64,000 nt of DNA from Candidatus Bathyarchaeia archaeon (GCA_035529595.1 DATKWK010000035.1:49067-113066); one strand, 5' to 3'; positions 48,684 to 59,523 are shown, numbered from the stretch's first letter. The notes: generated by a model not told the origin, from the letters alone. Numbers and translations: made by a program.

Positions 48684-51242
48684 GTGAAGAAGTGTATATC
48701 GATAGTTCTAGGGATATTTATCTTATATCTTGCTGATATTTTAATATTATCTTCTAAAGCTCTAGCTAATACGACTATTCTTTCTGAAGATTTTAACGAC
48801 GGGATTGCAGATAATTGGATAGAATCAGGGGATTGGGGAACTTGGAGTGCTCAAAACGGTGAGTATATTGGCACTGTTAAACTTAAAGATTATCCTGAAA
48901 AATCAATGATTTCTTATTTTAATGATCTAAGTGAAAAAAATTACATAATTCAGTTAGATGTAAAAAACACTGAAGGCGTAGATAAGGCCGTAAGGATTCG
49001 CTATGATCCTAGTTCAGAAACATACTATGGTATTAATCTACGGAGTAAATATACAGCTGGAGGTGGTGGAGGTAACGATATTAATTTAGGTAAATCAGTT
49101 AATGGTAATTCGACATTATTAACCAGAGTCCCTTTTGAAAATCTATTAAACAAGTGGTACGAGATTGAAGTGTCCATAGTAGACAATTCAATAAAGATAT
49201 ATATTGACGATATTCTTAAAATAGATTTTATTGACGAAAACAATCCTATTGATTCCGGAACAGTAGCTTTACAAGTATGGCCTGGCGGACATACTAATCC
49301 TGTAATGGGTAATAATACTACAACTCATTACGATAATATAATCATTACGTCGTCTTCTCAATCCAAGCTTATTTTCCTTCCTGGTATGACGGCGTGTTGG
49401 AATAAGGCGCTTTTAACAGACACTAATGCTGATGATTGGATTTTACCGTTTCCTGCTTATTTCTTTGTCTATAAAAACCTGATTGATTCTTTCAATAATG
49501 CCGGTTTGGTTGAAAACAAAGATTGGTACCTGTTCTGTTACGATTGGCGGAAACCATTACAGTATAATTCAGGAAAATTGAATAATTTTGTTCAAGATAA
49601 TATTAGTCCGGGTGAAAAAATAAATTTGGTTGGTCATTCGATGGGAGGATTAGTTGGCCGCACTTTTACCCAGGCATACCCAGATAAGGCCAACAAAGCT
49701 ATCACTCTTGGCAGCCCCCACCAAGGTGCGGTACGTGCTTATCCAGCCTGGGAAGCTGGTCAGCTTTGGGAATACGATGGACTTTCAAAACTCCTTTTTG
49801 AGATTCTTCTTTGGACCAACAGACAAGATGCCGAGCATCCAATGCGCACAATTCGGCGGATAGCTCCCTCAATTCAAGACCTGCTGCCTACTTTTGATTT
49901 CCTAATAGATGATCACACAAGTGTATACAAAAATATCAATACCCACATTTACCAGAACCTGACATTAAATCAACTAAACAATACTCTCGGCGGTGAATTA
50001 AAAACAAAACTTTTTACTATCGCCGGCAAGAATCAACAGACTCTTGATACACTAAAAGTAACTTCCATCTATTCTCCTCCGGCAAATTGGGTCCATCAGC
50101 ACCTGGGTCTTTGGGAAGATGGCGAACCCGTTCATAATTGCTCTTCAGTTCTCTGCGAATATACCGACAGTAGAAAGGACTATTCGCCGTCCATGGTCTA
50201 CTCTTCAGCAGGCGACAAGACTGTTTTAGTGAAAAGCGCCACCATTAATGGTGTAGAAACTTACGAAATTGACGGAGATCATAATCAGATAGTTCAGGAT
50301 CAGCAATCCATCGGGCGTATTTTTGACCTCTTGGATATTCCCACCCCTTCGTTAACATCTCCCCTTCAGCAACTTCAAAAAGCGATTGCCTTTCTAATCA
50401 GGTCACCAGCAAAAATCACAATAATTGATCCTACAGGAAAAGAAGCTGGGTACCAATCGACAGGACCGGAAATAGAAGGAAGTTTTTATGACGATCAGGC
50501 AAATGTTGTGATTATTCCGAATTACCTAGAGGGAATTTATAAACTCGAAACTAAGGGCACCGCTAGCGGCAACTACCAACTCCTCGTTGCCGATCTTAAT
50601 GACGACAATAACGTAAATCTAAGAGAATATCAATTCGCCACTCAGGCAGATCAAGTTGACTATTTCTACCTGGATTTAGGCCAGGAAGAACTGATCCTTG
50701 AAAATACCGACTATTCTGTCGTCCTACGAAGCGCAACTAGTAAAATTGAGAACATCAGGCAAAAAATCGATAAGCCCTGTGGCTTGAACAAGTATTCAGT
50801 CTTCTTAAACAAAATTGATCCTTTAGCCCAGAGGGGAAAATATCGAGAAGCTGCTCAAATTATCAAAATCGTCCTTACCCTTTTAAACCAATGTGTTCTT
50901 AGTGCCAAAGGAAATTTGATTTCAACAATTTTCCCCTCATATGAATCAATTATTAATGATTTAACCGGTGAATATATTAACTTTGCCGATAAAGGCAACT
51001 TAAAATTTAATGCAAATAAACTCAATAAAACTCTTTTCCTGACAGATCAGTTACTGGTAAGGAAAAATCAAGAATACAAACGAATCTCTGTCAAGAATCA
51101 AATATCTCTAAATAAAGTAATTCTATTCGAAAAAGCGGCGGAAATAGCTCAGGAAGCAAAGGAAGCTCTCAAAAGCAATCAACTCGCCAAAACTTCGATA
51201 TTATTATTCCAGGTAGATTTTTTACTCCTAAAGCTGAATTAA
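48684..51242 (+). CDS. Secreted multidomain protein with a lectin/ConA-like N-terminal module and an alpha/beta-hydrolase (lipase/esterase) domain.
   Basis: Signal peptide. DFNDGIADNWIESGDWGTW resembles a DUF1080/LamG-like start. Nucleophile elbow VGHSMGGLVG (GxSxG). Gly5 run. 852 aa. Confidence 0.55.
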   Translation: MKKCISIVLGIFILYLADILILSSKALANTTILSEDFNDGIADNWIESGDWGTWSAQNGEYIGTVKLKDYPEKSMISYFNDLSEKNYIIQLDVKNTEGVDKAVRIRYDPSSETYYGINLRSKYTAGGGGGNDINLGKSVNGNSTLLTRVPFENLLNKWYEIEVSIVDNSIKIYIDDILKIDFIDENNPIDSGTVALQVWPGGHTNPVMGNNTTTHYDNIIITSSSQSKLIFLPGMTACWNKALLTDTNADDWILPFPAYFFVYKNLIDSFNNAGLVENKDWYLFCYDWRKPLQYNSGKLNNFVQDNISPGEKINLVGHSMGGLVGRTFTQAYPDKANKAITLGSPHQGAVRAYPAWEAGQLWEYDGLSKLLFEILLWTNRQDAEHPMRTIRRIAPSIQDLLPTFDFLIDDHTSVYKNINTHIYQNLTLNQLNNTLGGELKTKLFTIAGKNQQTLDTLKVTSIYSPPANWVHQHLGLWEDGEPVHNCSSVLCEYTDSRKDYSPSMVYSSAGDKTVLVKSATINGVETYEIDGDHNQIVQDQQSIGRIFDLLDIPTPSLTSPLQQLQKAIAFLIRSPAKITIIDPTGKEAGYQSTGPEIEGSFYDDQANVVIIPNYLEGIYKLETKGTASGNYQLLVADLNDDNNVNLREYQFATQADQVDYFYLDLGQEELILENTDYSVVLRSATSKIENIRQKIDKPCGLNKYSVFLNKIDPLAQRGKYREAAQIIKIVLTLLNQCVLSAKGNLISTIFPSYESIINDLTGEYINFADKGNLKFNANKLNKTLFLTDQLLVRKNQEYKRISVKNQISLNKVILFEKAAEIAQEAKEALKSNQLAKTSILLFQVDFLLLKLN

Positions 51243-51298
51243 TGGACAATTTAATTAAATATGGAGAGAAGATAAGTAAGCCTTTAACCTCTTGGTGC

Positions 51299-52225
51299 TT
51301 ACTGCCAAAAATCCCAAACCGGATCTTTATCCATTATCACCAATTGCAAATCTCCCCGTGCTTTGCCTAGGCAATCATGAAACGCTAAAACCAGAAAACC
51401 TACGACTTTAAAATTCGGGTCAATTAACGTTTGGTCCTCTTCAGCGATTCTCTTAATTAAATAAAAATCATTGAGAATAAGCCGCTTGTCTTCTTCATCA
51501 ACTACCTCCTCAATTGTCGGATATTTCAAACCTACACGAACAGAATCTGCTTCCGGATTTACCTCAACTACCGGATCAAAAATGACTTCAGTATATGGTT
51601 CGCCAAATATCTGACCCTGTTGACGCAGTGTCTCTATTTTCTCAAAGAATTGCACACCCTCAGGGGTCAAAGCTTTAATAACCGCATCTGGATTAATGGG
51701 GCCAGCACCGGCTTGAATATCAGTCATGGAAACCGGAGTTAATACTGGTTCAGCCGCTGGGGTTACTGTTGGCAAGTGGACTGAATTAACTGACGATTCT
51801 ACTACTTGTGACGGAGTAATCATATAAGGAGTTTTAGCTACTTTGCTACCAGAGGATTCTACTCTCACCCCAGCTACAACCCCTTCATTCATCAGCCTTT
51901 GGTCCTTGATTAATTGAGTAACCAACTCTTTTTTTAACTGACGGTTCATTTTTTTGTCCTTTACGGACAACAAGAGCTCTACCGCTTTTACATATTTACC
52001 GGAAGCACTTAAGACCTTCGCTTGTTTTATAGCAGTTCCTACATGAGAAATCCGGTTGGACCGTCCCGTCAAGAGAATAACTCCCGGAATAACTAAAGTT
52101 ACGACCAGAATCGATACGATAGCCTTTAGACTTAACTTAGAGGCAAAATATTCAAGAAACGCGTCTAAAATTTCAAATGTCTCTTCTATCTTATATTGAT
52201 AATCTCTGCTGCTCATATTCTCCAA
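51299..52225 (-). CDS. Membrane-anchored hypothetical protein.
   Basis: One TM helix (IVSILVVTLVIPGVILLT) followed by a soluble Val/Pro-rich region. 308 aa. Confidence 0.35.
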   Translation of the reverse strand: MENMSSRDYQYKIEETFEILDAFLEYFASKLSLKAIVSILVVTLVIPGVILLTGRSNRISHVGTAIKQAKVLSASGKYVKAVELLLSVKDKKMNRQLKKELVTQLIKDQRLMNEGVVAGVRVESSGSKVAKTPYMITPSQVVESSVNSVHLPTVTPAAEPVLTPVSMTDIQAGAGPINPDAVIKALTPEGVQFFEKIETLRQQGQIFGEPYTEVIFDPVVEVNPEADSVRVGLKYPTIEEVVDEEDKRLILNDFYLIKRIAEEDQTLIDPNFKVVGFLVLAFHDCLGKARGDLQLVIMDKDPVWDFWQ

Positions 52226-52386
52226 ACCAGGTAAAGTTTTAATCGGTCTTCAGTCCATGATAAAATGGTTTTCAACAAAAATCAATCACGAAGCGAGAAA
52301 ACAGTGGAATAATAGTCTCGATACTGTGTTTATTCAAGAATTAATCGTTAGAAATAGGCAATATCAATAAAAATTAAATTAAGCTT

Positions 52387-53088
52387 ATGCTTGATGTAGT
52401 TGCTCGCTATGCACCGGTAGTTAACAAAATAAAAAAGTATCCTCCTAAGGATAAAAAAATTGTCGAAATCGGCGGCACCGGAGAAGGCCTCGGTTTTTAT
52501 TTACCAAATTATCAAATTTATGATTGCGACATCCGGTTTGTTGAAAACTTATTACCTAATACCAACCCGGTCAAGGGCCGTGGAGAAAAAATCCCTTTAC
52601 CGGATAATTTCGCGGAAATTATCGTCTCTGTAGATACACTCGAACATCTTCCTACCTTTAGGAAGAGAACTCAGATGATAAAAGAAATGATCAGGGTGGC
52701 CGCAAGACTGGTAATTTTAGCTGTCCCTACAGGAACAAAAAGCAAACAAGCGATTGAAAAATTCGGTCAATTATTTAAGGCAAAATATCCGAATATCGAT
52801 TATCAATATCTTAACGAGCATCTTAAATATCAACCTCCGGAGAATGGTGAGATTATCAAAACGATCAAAGAAGCGGGTATCCCCGTAAGAGTCTCGATCA
52901 AGAAAAATACCAATATCAAGGTTTGGTTATTATTCCAAAGGTTTTATTTAAGATTTCCAAAACTTTATCTCATCTTTCGCTACCGCCGTTTTTGGTATCA
53001 CCTTTTAAAGCCGGTTTTTCCTCTCTTAAATCAGGGAGAAACTTTGCGGACAATTTTTTTTGTTCAGCTGGAAAAAACAGGCAGGTAG
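52387..53088 (+). CDS. Possible class I SAM-dependent methyltransferase.
   Basis: KIVEIGGTGEGLG resembles glycine-rich motif I. The rest is not diagnostic. Confidence 0.35.
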   Translation: MLDVVARYAPVVNKIKKYPPKDKKIVEIGGTGEGLGFYLPNYQIYDCDIRFVENLLPNTNPVKGRGEKIPLPDNFAEIIVSVDTLEHLPTFRKRTQMIKEMIRVAARLVILAVPTGTKSKQAIEKFGQLFKAKYPNIDYQYLNEHLKYQPPENGEIIKTIKEAGIPVRVSIKKNTNIKVWLLFQRFYLRFPKLYLIFRYRRFWYHLLKPVFPLLNQGETLRTIFFVQLEKTGR

Positions 53089-53160
53089 AATACCTGCCGG
53101 ACCAGATAGTTTGATCATGGCGCAATCAAAAAATTCAGAACCACTTCTCCGCCTAATCGG

Positions 53161-53232
53161 TGGACCCGAGAGGATTCGAACCTCTGACCTTCCCGATGTG
53201 AACGGGACGCTCCCCCACTGAGCTACGGGTCC
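53161..53232 (-). tRNA. tRNA-Val (anticodon CAC).
   Basis: 72-nt cloverleaf GGACCCG/CGGGTCC acceptor. Anticodon stem-loop TCCCG-TTCACAT-CGGGA, T-arm AGAGG-TTCGAAT-CCTCT. Confidence 0.85.
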
Positions 53233-53317
53233 GAGCCTACCGACTCAGAACATAATCAGCTTTGATAATTTTAACACTTTTCTTCTTGCCAAACCAAACC
53301 AGGCAACCTATAATGAC

Positions 53318-53935
53318 TTGATCGTTATTAATAAATTAACGTTCATTATGTTTGTTCAAATAGCAAGAATCATTAAAAAGGTCGGGGCCTTTTTTCTGGA
53401 TATTATCGAAACGGGAGTGATTGCCCTCTCGATTTTCATCGTCGTTTATCTATTCGTGATGCAGCCCCATGAGGTAAAGGGCAACTCAATGTTTCCTAGT
53501 TTCGAACATGGTGAATTTCTTTTGACTGATAAAATATCGTACCGCTTGAATCAACCCCAAAGAGGCGACGTAATCGTTTTTCGAGCACCCCTTAATACGC
53601 AATTTGATTATATTAAAAGGATTATTGGTTTGCCGAGGGAAACAGTGATGGTAAAAGACGGGTACATTTATATTCAAAACCAAAAGGTTGACGAAATTTA
53701 CCTTCCTGAGGATACTGTTATCCGTGCCGGCAATGCCTTTAGCGAAGGCAAACCGGTTACTATTCCTGAAGGTCAGTACTTTGTCATGGGTGATAACCGC
53801 GCCCACAGTTCAGATTCACGTGATTGGGGAACGGTGCCGCGAGACAATATTGTCGGCCGGGTTTGGTTTCGCTACTGGCCCTTTGACAGATTCGGGAAGA
53901 TTGACAGAGCAGTCTACACCTTGAATCACGATTAA
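53318..53935 (+). CDS. lepB: Signal peptidase I.
   Basis: Catalytic Ser box GNSMFPSF. Lys box YIKRIIGLPRETV. GDNRAHSSDSRDWG. Confidence 0.85.
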   Translation: MIVINKLTFIMFVQIARIIKKVGAFFLDIIETGVIALSIFIVVYLFVMQPHEVKGNSMFPSFEHGEFLLTDKISYRLNQPQRGDVIVFRAPLNTQFDYIKRIIGLPRETVMVKDGYIYIQNQKVDEIYLPEDTVIRAGNAFSEGKPVTIPEGQYFVMGDNRAHSSDSRDWGTVPRDNIVGRVWFRYWPFDRFGKIDRAVYTLNHD

Positions 53936-54765
53936 CTACAAACCCCTTTAACGATTTTCTGAAGTTTTTCTTCCGTTTGTTCTAAATTGCCTTTTAAGAC
54001 AAGCATCACTTTTGTTTCTGCCCGAGAACGGGTCAATTTAACTTTTACATTCTTCCCCCCACCGAGTGATTGATGAAGTTTTTCAATTAGATTATCAATC
54101 GATTCGTCAACGATAAAAGGCTTATGCCCATGTTTACCTAAAGGAGAATTACCTTCAACCTTTCTCATTCTTCTTGCCAAATCTTCTGTTTTTCTTACCG
54201 AGCTTGACTGCCTCAATACCATTTTATAAGCCTCAACCATCAATCGCGTATCCATAATTGCCGCCAAGGCCCGAGCATGTCCCTCGGTAATCAACCCCTG
54301 AAGCAGACCATCCTTTAGGGCATCAGGAAGCGTCAAAAGTCTTAAAGAATTCGATATATAAGCTTGGCTTTTACTGATTCTCTTGGCAATTTCCTTATTA
54401 GACAGGCCAAACTCATTCATTAATCTTGAAAAAGCTTGGGCTCGTTCTAACGGATTTAAATCTGTTCGTTGAACGTTTTCCACAATTGCCATCTCCAGCA
54501 TTCCCTGAGGAGTCGTTTCCTTAATTATTGTTGGAAGAGTTTTCAGCCCCGCAATTCTGGACGCCCGCCACCGACGTTCACCGGCAATAATCTGATAGCC
54601 GGCCGGCGTTTTAGCGATCACTAACGGTTCTAATACGCCATGTTCTTTAATAGAGTCAACCAAGTCGACCAGCGATTCAGGAGTAATTTGACCACGCGGT
54701 TGAAGCGGATTTGGTTGAAGTTCGTCTAATCCGATTTGGACAATCTTTTGTTCTTCGCCTGCCAT
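53932..54765 (-). CDS. parB: Chromosome partitioning protein ParB/Spo0J.
   Basis: ParB box LQPNPLQPRG, IAGERRWRASRIAG and a HTH region. There is a 4-nt overlap with lepB. Confidence 0.85.
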   Translation of the reverse strand: MAGEEQKIVQIGLDELQPNPLQPRGQITPESLVDLVDSIKEHGVLEPLVIAKTPAGYQIIAGERRWRASRIAGLKTLPTIIKETTPQGMLEMAIVENVQRTDLNPLERAQAFSRLMNEFGLSNKEIAKRISKSQAYISNSLRLLTLPDALKDGLLQGLITEGHARALAAIMDTRLMVEAYKMVLRQSSSVRKTEDLARRMRKVEGNSPLGKHGHKPFIVDESIDNLIEKLHQSLGGGKNVKVKLTRSRAETKVMLVLKGNLEQTEEKLQKIVKGVCS

Positions 54766-54771
54766 TTTTTA

Positions 54772-55020
54772 TTATCGACTAACAGTTACTTCCGTTTTTC
54801 CGTGGCGGGTTTGAAATTTAATAAACCCGTCCTTAAGCGCAAAAAGAGTATGATCTCGTCCGATACCAACCCCGGTCCCCGGATGGTACTTTGTCCCTCT
54901 TTGCCTAACCACGATATTTCCTTTCTCTATCTGCTGACCACCAGAAATCTTAATCCCCAACCTTTTGCCTGGCCGGGGAGTTTTTTGCCTGGTCTTTCCG
55001 CCGGTTTTTGTTTTCGCCAT
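54772..55020 (-). CDS. rpmA: Ribosomal protein L27.
   Basis: [47 protein letters not shown] is canonical L27. Confidence 0.9.
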   Translation of the reverse strand: MAKTKTGGKTRQKTPRPGKRLGIKISGGQQIEKGNIVVRQRGTKYHPGTGVGIGRDHTLFALKDGFIKFQTRHGKTEVTVSR

Positions 55021-55090
55021 AATTCTTCCTTTTTGAGAGTATAAGTAAATTTTTCACGAATGTCAACAACATATCAAGGGAAAAGATCAC

Positions 55091-55507
55091 TTAATCTTTA
55101 GAAGACTGCTTATTTTGCTTATATTCAGAGGGCTTTCTAATCTTTTGTGTTTTGTTCGCCAATTCTTCTTGCCCACTAATGGCAATCTTTTCAATTTTTA
55201 CGCGGCTCACTCGAGGACGGAAACCTTTGACGCGACGATATCGGGATTTAGCCTTATAGGTGGCAATCCTTATCTTCTTACCCAGATAGTGATGAATAAC
55301 TGATCCTTGTACAACCGCCCCTTCTACAGAGGGACGGCCAATTTTAATATCTTCACCGTCGACTAAGAGCAGTACTTGCTCAAAATTAATTTTTTCTTTT
55401 TCTTTACGATCAATTTTGGGCAAGTCAATTTCCTCTCCTTCTGTGATTTGAAATTGCTTGCTACCGTATTTAATTACGGCGTACTTATTCATTTTTTCAG
55501 ATTCCAC
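55091..55507 (-). CDS. rplU: Ribosomal protein L21 with N- and C-terminal extensions.
   Basis: The L21 core is MNKYAVIKYGSKQFQITEGEEIDL...; the called ORF starts upstream at MESEKMNKY.... Basic C-terminal tail. It lies immediately upstream of rpmA, the usual rplU-rpmA order. Confidence 0.8.
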   Translation of the reverse strand: MESEKMNKYAVIKYGSKQFQITEGEEIDLPKIDRKEKEKINFEQVLLLVDGEDIKIGRPSVEGAVVQGSVIHHYLGKKIRIATYKAKSRYRRVKGFRPRVSRVKIEKIAISGQEELANKTQKIRKPSEYKQNKQSSKD

Positions 55508-55586
55508 TAATGTAAAAAGGATCGCGGAAACGCCCCACCGTTGGTATTATATAAAAATACTCTGCAAATAACAACTAAGAAGATTT

Positions 55587-56651
55587 TTATTTAATTTCGA
55601 TCAATCTTCTTTTTTTTGCTCTCCTGGCCACACTTTCAACTAAACCCAGGCTCGTCATAAGAGCAACGATTGAACTTCCTCCGGAAGAGACAAAAGGAAG
55701 AGTAATGCCGGTGATTGGCATTAACCCTAAATTCATCCCGACATTAATAACAATTTGGCTAAAAATTAATCCAAAAACACCGACGCAGATTAAAGTGCCA
55801 AACTCATCTTGGGCATTATCGGCAATCTTTAAGATCTGCATCAGCACGTAATAATAAACTGCCAGAAGAATAAAGCAGCCGAGAAATCCCAATTCTTCAG
55901 CCAAGGAAGCAAAAATGAAGTCACTGGTTCTTTCAGGTAAAAATTTCAGGTACGACTGGGTACCGTGGAAAAGACCCCTACCTGAAAATTTACCGGAACC
56001 AGCGGTAATTTTAGCCTGAATTAAATGGTAACCTTTACCCAAAGGATCATCAAGCGGTTTAAAAAACGTCTGAATTCTTACCTTCTGATAGTCCCTTAAA
56101 ATATTCCAGGTTAAAAATAATCCGGACAGAAAGAATATCAACAGAAACAATGTTTGTTTCCGATCAACTTTAAAGGACACAATTAAAAGCCATACTAAGA
56201 CAATCACTAGTGAGCTTCCCAAATCCGGTTGCTGAAAAACCAGATAAGCAGGTAGAAAGAGGAATATTAGAGTTAACAAGAGACGCCGAAATCGCCATGT
56301 ACCCTGGGATACAAAAGAGGCAAAAGCGAGAATCAAAAACGGTTTCACTAACTCGGAAGGCTGAATAGTAAAGGAACCGATTCTGATCCAGCGCAGAGTT
56401 TCTCGAGTTCTACTCCCAAAAATAAAACCTGAGATCAAAAAGAGGCTAATCAGAATGAATAAGGGTAAATAAAGACGGCTGAATATCTGGTAGTCTAAAA
56501 GACTAAAAATGATAAATACCATCAGTCCTATAACCATGAATAATACCTGAAGAGGTAAGATTTGGGGTTCTAAACTTGAAAGTACAGCAATACTTAAAAC
56601 AAAGACGATAAAAATTGAGACAATAATCATCCAATTAAATCCGTGAGCCAT
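55587..56651 (-). CDS. SEDS-family cell-cycle protein (FtsW/RodA).
   Basis: Ten TM helices and a C-terminal FVSSGGSSIVALMTSLGL block typical of FtsW/RodA/SpoVE. Confidence 0.8.
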   Translation of the reverse strand: MAHGFNWMIIVSIFIVFVLSIAVLSSLEPQILPLQVLFMVIGLMVFIIFSLLDYQIFSRLYLPLFILISLFLISGFIFGSRTRETLRWIRIGSFTIQPSELVKPFLILAFASFVSQGTWRFRRLLLTLIFLFLPAYLVFQQPDLGSSLVIVLVWLLIVSFKVDRKQTLFLLIFFLSGLFLTWNILRDYQKVRIQTFFKPLDDPLGKGYHLIQAKITAGSGKFSGRGLFHGTQSYLKFLPERTSDFIFASLAEELGFLGCFILLAVYYYVLMQILKIADNAQDEFGTLICVGVFGLIFSQIVINVGMNLGLMPITGITLPFVSSGGSSIVALMTSLGLVESVARRAKKRRLIEIK

Positions 56652-56655
56652 AAGA

Positions 56656-59523
56656 TTAGATGCTTCTTTTTATAGCTAGTTTTTTTCCCAAAAGAAGTTT
56701 CTGAGCAAGGGTTTTTTTCTTGATAATGAATCTTAAATTCTGGCTCTTAGGAAATTGAGGTAGATATACTAATATCCATTCATCCCGCAAACAACCGGCC
56801 TGTTTTCGCATCTGCTGGATTTGATGGATCCATTCTCTTGCCTGTCCCTCAGCCAGAAGTTCCTTGTTTAAACGTAAATTCAATTTGACCTGGGGATCAG
56901 TAATTTTCTTTATTTGACAGATTACTTCCTGTACGTTAACTTCCGCCTCAATCAATTTTTCAAAAGCTGCCGGTAACCTCACAGGCCAATAGTAGGTCAA
57001 GCAAGAAAGGGGTTGGCGAACTTTAATTTTTTTTTCTTTTCTGATTGCGTGACCTAAAGAACAGATTTTTCTGACCAGATCCGTTTTTTCAAACAGACTA
57101 CACTCCCTCAGGCCAATTTTTCTGGCCGGTGGAAAATTACATAAATGAACAGATTCGACACTTCCCTGTGTTATCTGACGAACCAAGTTTTGATAAATTT
57201 CATCGGTAATAAAGGGAATAATCGGAGCTGTACCTTTTATAAACAAAACCAGTACCTGATATAAAGTCTGTAAAAATTCCCGATCTCCTCGATTGAAAAA
57301 CTCCCGACTGCGACGGATGTACCAAGTTGACAAATCTTCCATAAAAGGACGGAGAAGACGAACGGCCCCAGGAATGTTATAAGAACTCAAACACTTATCG
57401 ATTTCGTTTATCAACTGCTGATTTCGGCTCTTTATCCACTTATTAAGAATATGTTTCGGATTATCAACTCGTTTTTCTGCCGGTTCAAAATTATGTAAAT
57501 TGGCATAGGTAATGAAGAATTGATATGAATTCCAAAGAGGTAAAAGGACTGTCTTTACTTGTTCTAACAACTCCTCTCCTTTAGTAATATTAATATCAGC
57601 CCCAGCCATCAGTCTTGTCCCCATTAAATAGAGTCGAAGAGCGTCGCCCCCATATTGCTCCAATACTTTTTTCGGATCAGGGTAATTTCCGTAACTCTTA
57701 CTCATTTTACGACCGTCAGTTCCGGCCATTACTCCGGTGACAATGACATTCTTAAAGCAGTGGGAATGAAATAAACCGGTCGATAAGGCGTGCAGATAAT
57801 AAAACCAGGCGCGGATTTGACCGACGTACTCTACAATATAATCTGCCGGAAAGGCCTTCTCAAAAGCAATCTTATTTTCAAAGGGATAGTGTCTCTCTCC
57901 ATAAGGCATTGAACCTGATTCAAACCATACATCCAATACCTCAGGAATACGTTTCATTTCTCCCTGGCATTTACCGCATTTAAACTTAATCATATCAACG
58001 CTCGTCCGGTGTAAATCTGTTATTTTTATCCTCTCAACGGAATTTTTCTCAATTTCCTCAACCGAACCGACTACCTTAAATTCACCGCATTGCCGGCACT
58101 CCCAAATTGGCATAATTGTTGCCCAATACCTGGTTCGGGAGACACACCAATCAGGAGCATCCTTAAGAGTATTCTTAACCCGTCCACGTTTAAAGAAATT
58201 TGGCACCCAATTGACATTTTCATTTAATTGGAGCATTTCCTCTTTTATTTTTTGAATATCGACAAACCAAGCTTTAACGGCGCGGTAAATGAGAGGCGTT
58301 TGGCAACGATAACAATAGGGATAACGGTGAGTAATTATTTCTTCTTTGAACAAAATCTCCCTCTTTTTTAGATCATCAATAATCAACTTATCGGCATCCT
58401 TAACATAGACACCTTTAAAATCGGTAATCTTATCAGTGAATTTACCTTCATCGTCAACATTAAACATTAAAGTCAATCCGTAATGCCGGCCCATCTCGGT
58501 ATCAATTTCTCCAAATCCGGGAGCAGAATGAACGATACCGGTACCTTCATCCATATTAACCATGCCTTTAAACTTGTAGATTCGAAAATCTTTTTTATTG
58601 GGAGAAATGTAACTGTAAGGTGGCTGGTAAGCTAAACCAACTAGTTTCGCTCCTTTGAACTTTTTTATTTGAGAATAGTTTTTACCTTGAATCAGGTCTT
58701 TAATTCTTTTTTGAGCAGCAATGTATCGCCTACCTCTAGACTTGTCCTCAAATTCCACATAACTTTCATTGGGATCAACTACTAAAGCCCGGTTGGAGGG
58801 AAGGGTCCAGGGCGTAGTCGTCCAAGCTAAAAGTCTTACCTGCTGGAACGGGCCGGCAGTAGTAATGACAAACTCTACTGTCACCGCAGGATCTTGCATG
58901 CTAGCATAACTATTATCCATAGCAATTTCGAATTTGGAGATCGGGGTACCGCAGCGGGTACAGTAAAGAAGAGTTTTAAGCCCGCGATAAATTAAACCCC
59001 GGTCATAAAGCTTTTTGAAGGCCCAAATCACTGACTCCATAAACTCAAGATCCATGGTCCGGTAAGCTCGATCCATGTCAACCCAACGAGCAATGTGATC
59101 GATATACCATTTCCACTCGGCCGAGGTTTCAGAGACATAAATTCGGCATTCTTTTATAAATTTCTCTATCCCGATTTTTTCGATTTCTCTTCGATTTTTA
59201 AGACCTAATTTCCGCTCTGTCTTTTCCTCAACCGGCAATCCATGACAGTCCCATCCCCAAACTCGCCTTATTTTTTTTCCTTTCATTGTTTGAAATCTGG
59301 GAATAAGATCCTTAGCAATCGAACCTAAAAGATGTCCGTAGTGTGGTAGTCCGGTGATAAAGGGAGGCCCGTCATAAAAAGTGTAAGGATTTTTATCAGA
59401 TCTCTGCTTGATGGATTTTTCAAATATTCGATTCTTGTTCCAGAAAAGCAAAATCTTATTTTCAATATCAGGAAATCTGACCTGATGAGAGACTGGTTGG
59501 AAAAAAGACTTTTTCTTTACCAT
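56656..59523 (-). CDS. ileS: Isoleucyl-tRNA synthetase, type 2 (eukaryote/archaea-like).
   Basis: FYDGPPFITGLPHYGHLLGS is the HYGH form of the HIGH motif characteristic of type-2 IleS. KMSKS motif in GRKMSKSYGN. 955 aa. Confidence 0.8.
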   Translation of the reverse strand: MVKKKSFFQPVSHQVRFPDIENKILLFWNKNRIFEKSIKQRSDKNPYTFYDGPPFITGLPHYGHLLGSIAKDLIPRFQTMKGKKIRRVWGWDCHGLPVEEKTERKLGLKNRREIEKIGIEKFIKECRIYVSETSAEWKWYIDHIARWVDMDRAYRTMDLEFMESVIWAFKKLYDRGLIYRGLKTLLYCTRCGTPISKFEIAMDNSYASMQDPAVTVEFVITTAGPFQQVRLLAWTTTPWTLPSNRALVVDPNESYVEFEDKSRGRRYIAAQKRIKDLIQGKNYSQIKKFKGAKLVGLAYQPPYSYISPNKKDFRIYKFKGMVNMDEGTGIVHSAPGFGEIDTEMGRHYGLTLMFNVDDEGKFTDKITDFKGVYVKDADKLIIDDLKKREILFKEEIITHRYPYCYRCQTPLIYRAVKAWFVDIQKIKEEMLQLNENVNWVPNFFKRGRVKNTLKDAPDWCVSRTRYWATIMPIWECRQCGEFKVVGSVEEIEKNSVERIKITDLHRTSVDMIKFKCGKCQGEMKRIPEVLDVWFESGSMPYGERHYPFENKIAFEKAFPADYIVEYVGQIRAWFYYLHALSTGLFHSHCFKNVIVTGVMAGTDGRKMSKSYGNYPDPKKVLEQYGGDALRLYLMGTRLMAGADINITKGEELLEQVKTVLLPLWNSYQFFITYANLHNFEPAEKRVDNPKHILNKWIKSRNQQLINEIDKCLSSYNIPGAVRLLRPFMEDLSTWYIRRSREFFNRGDREFLQTLYQVLVLFIKGTAPIIPFITDEIYQNLVRQITQGSVESVHLCNFPPARKIGLRECSLFEKTDLVRKICSLGHAIRKEKKIKVRQPLSCLTYYWPVRLPAAFEKLIEAEVNVQEVICQIKKITDPQVKLNLRLNKELLAEGQAREWIHQIQQMRKQAGCLRDEWILVYLPQFPKSQNLRFIIKKKTLAQKLLLGKKLAIKRSI

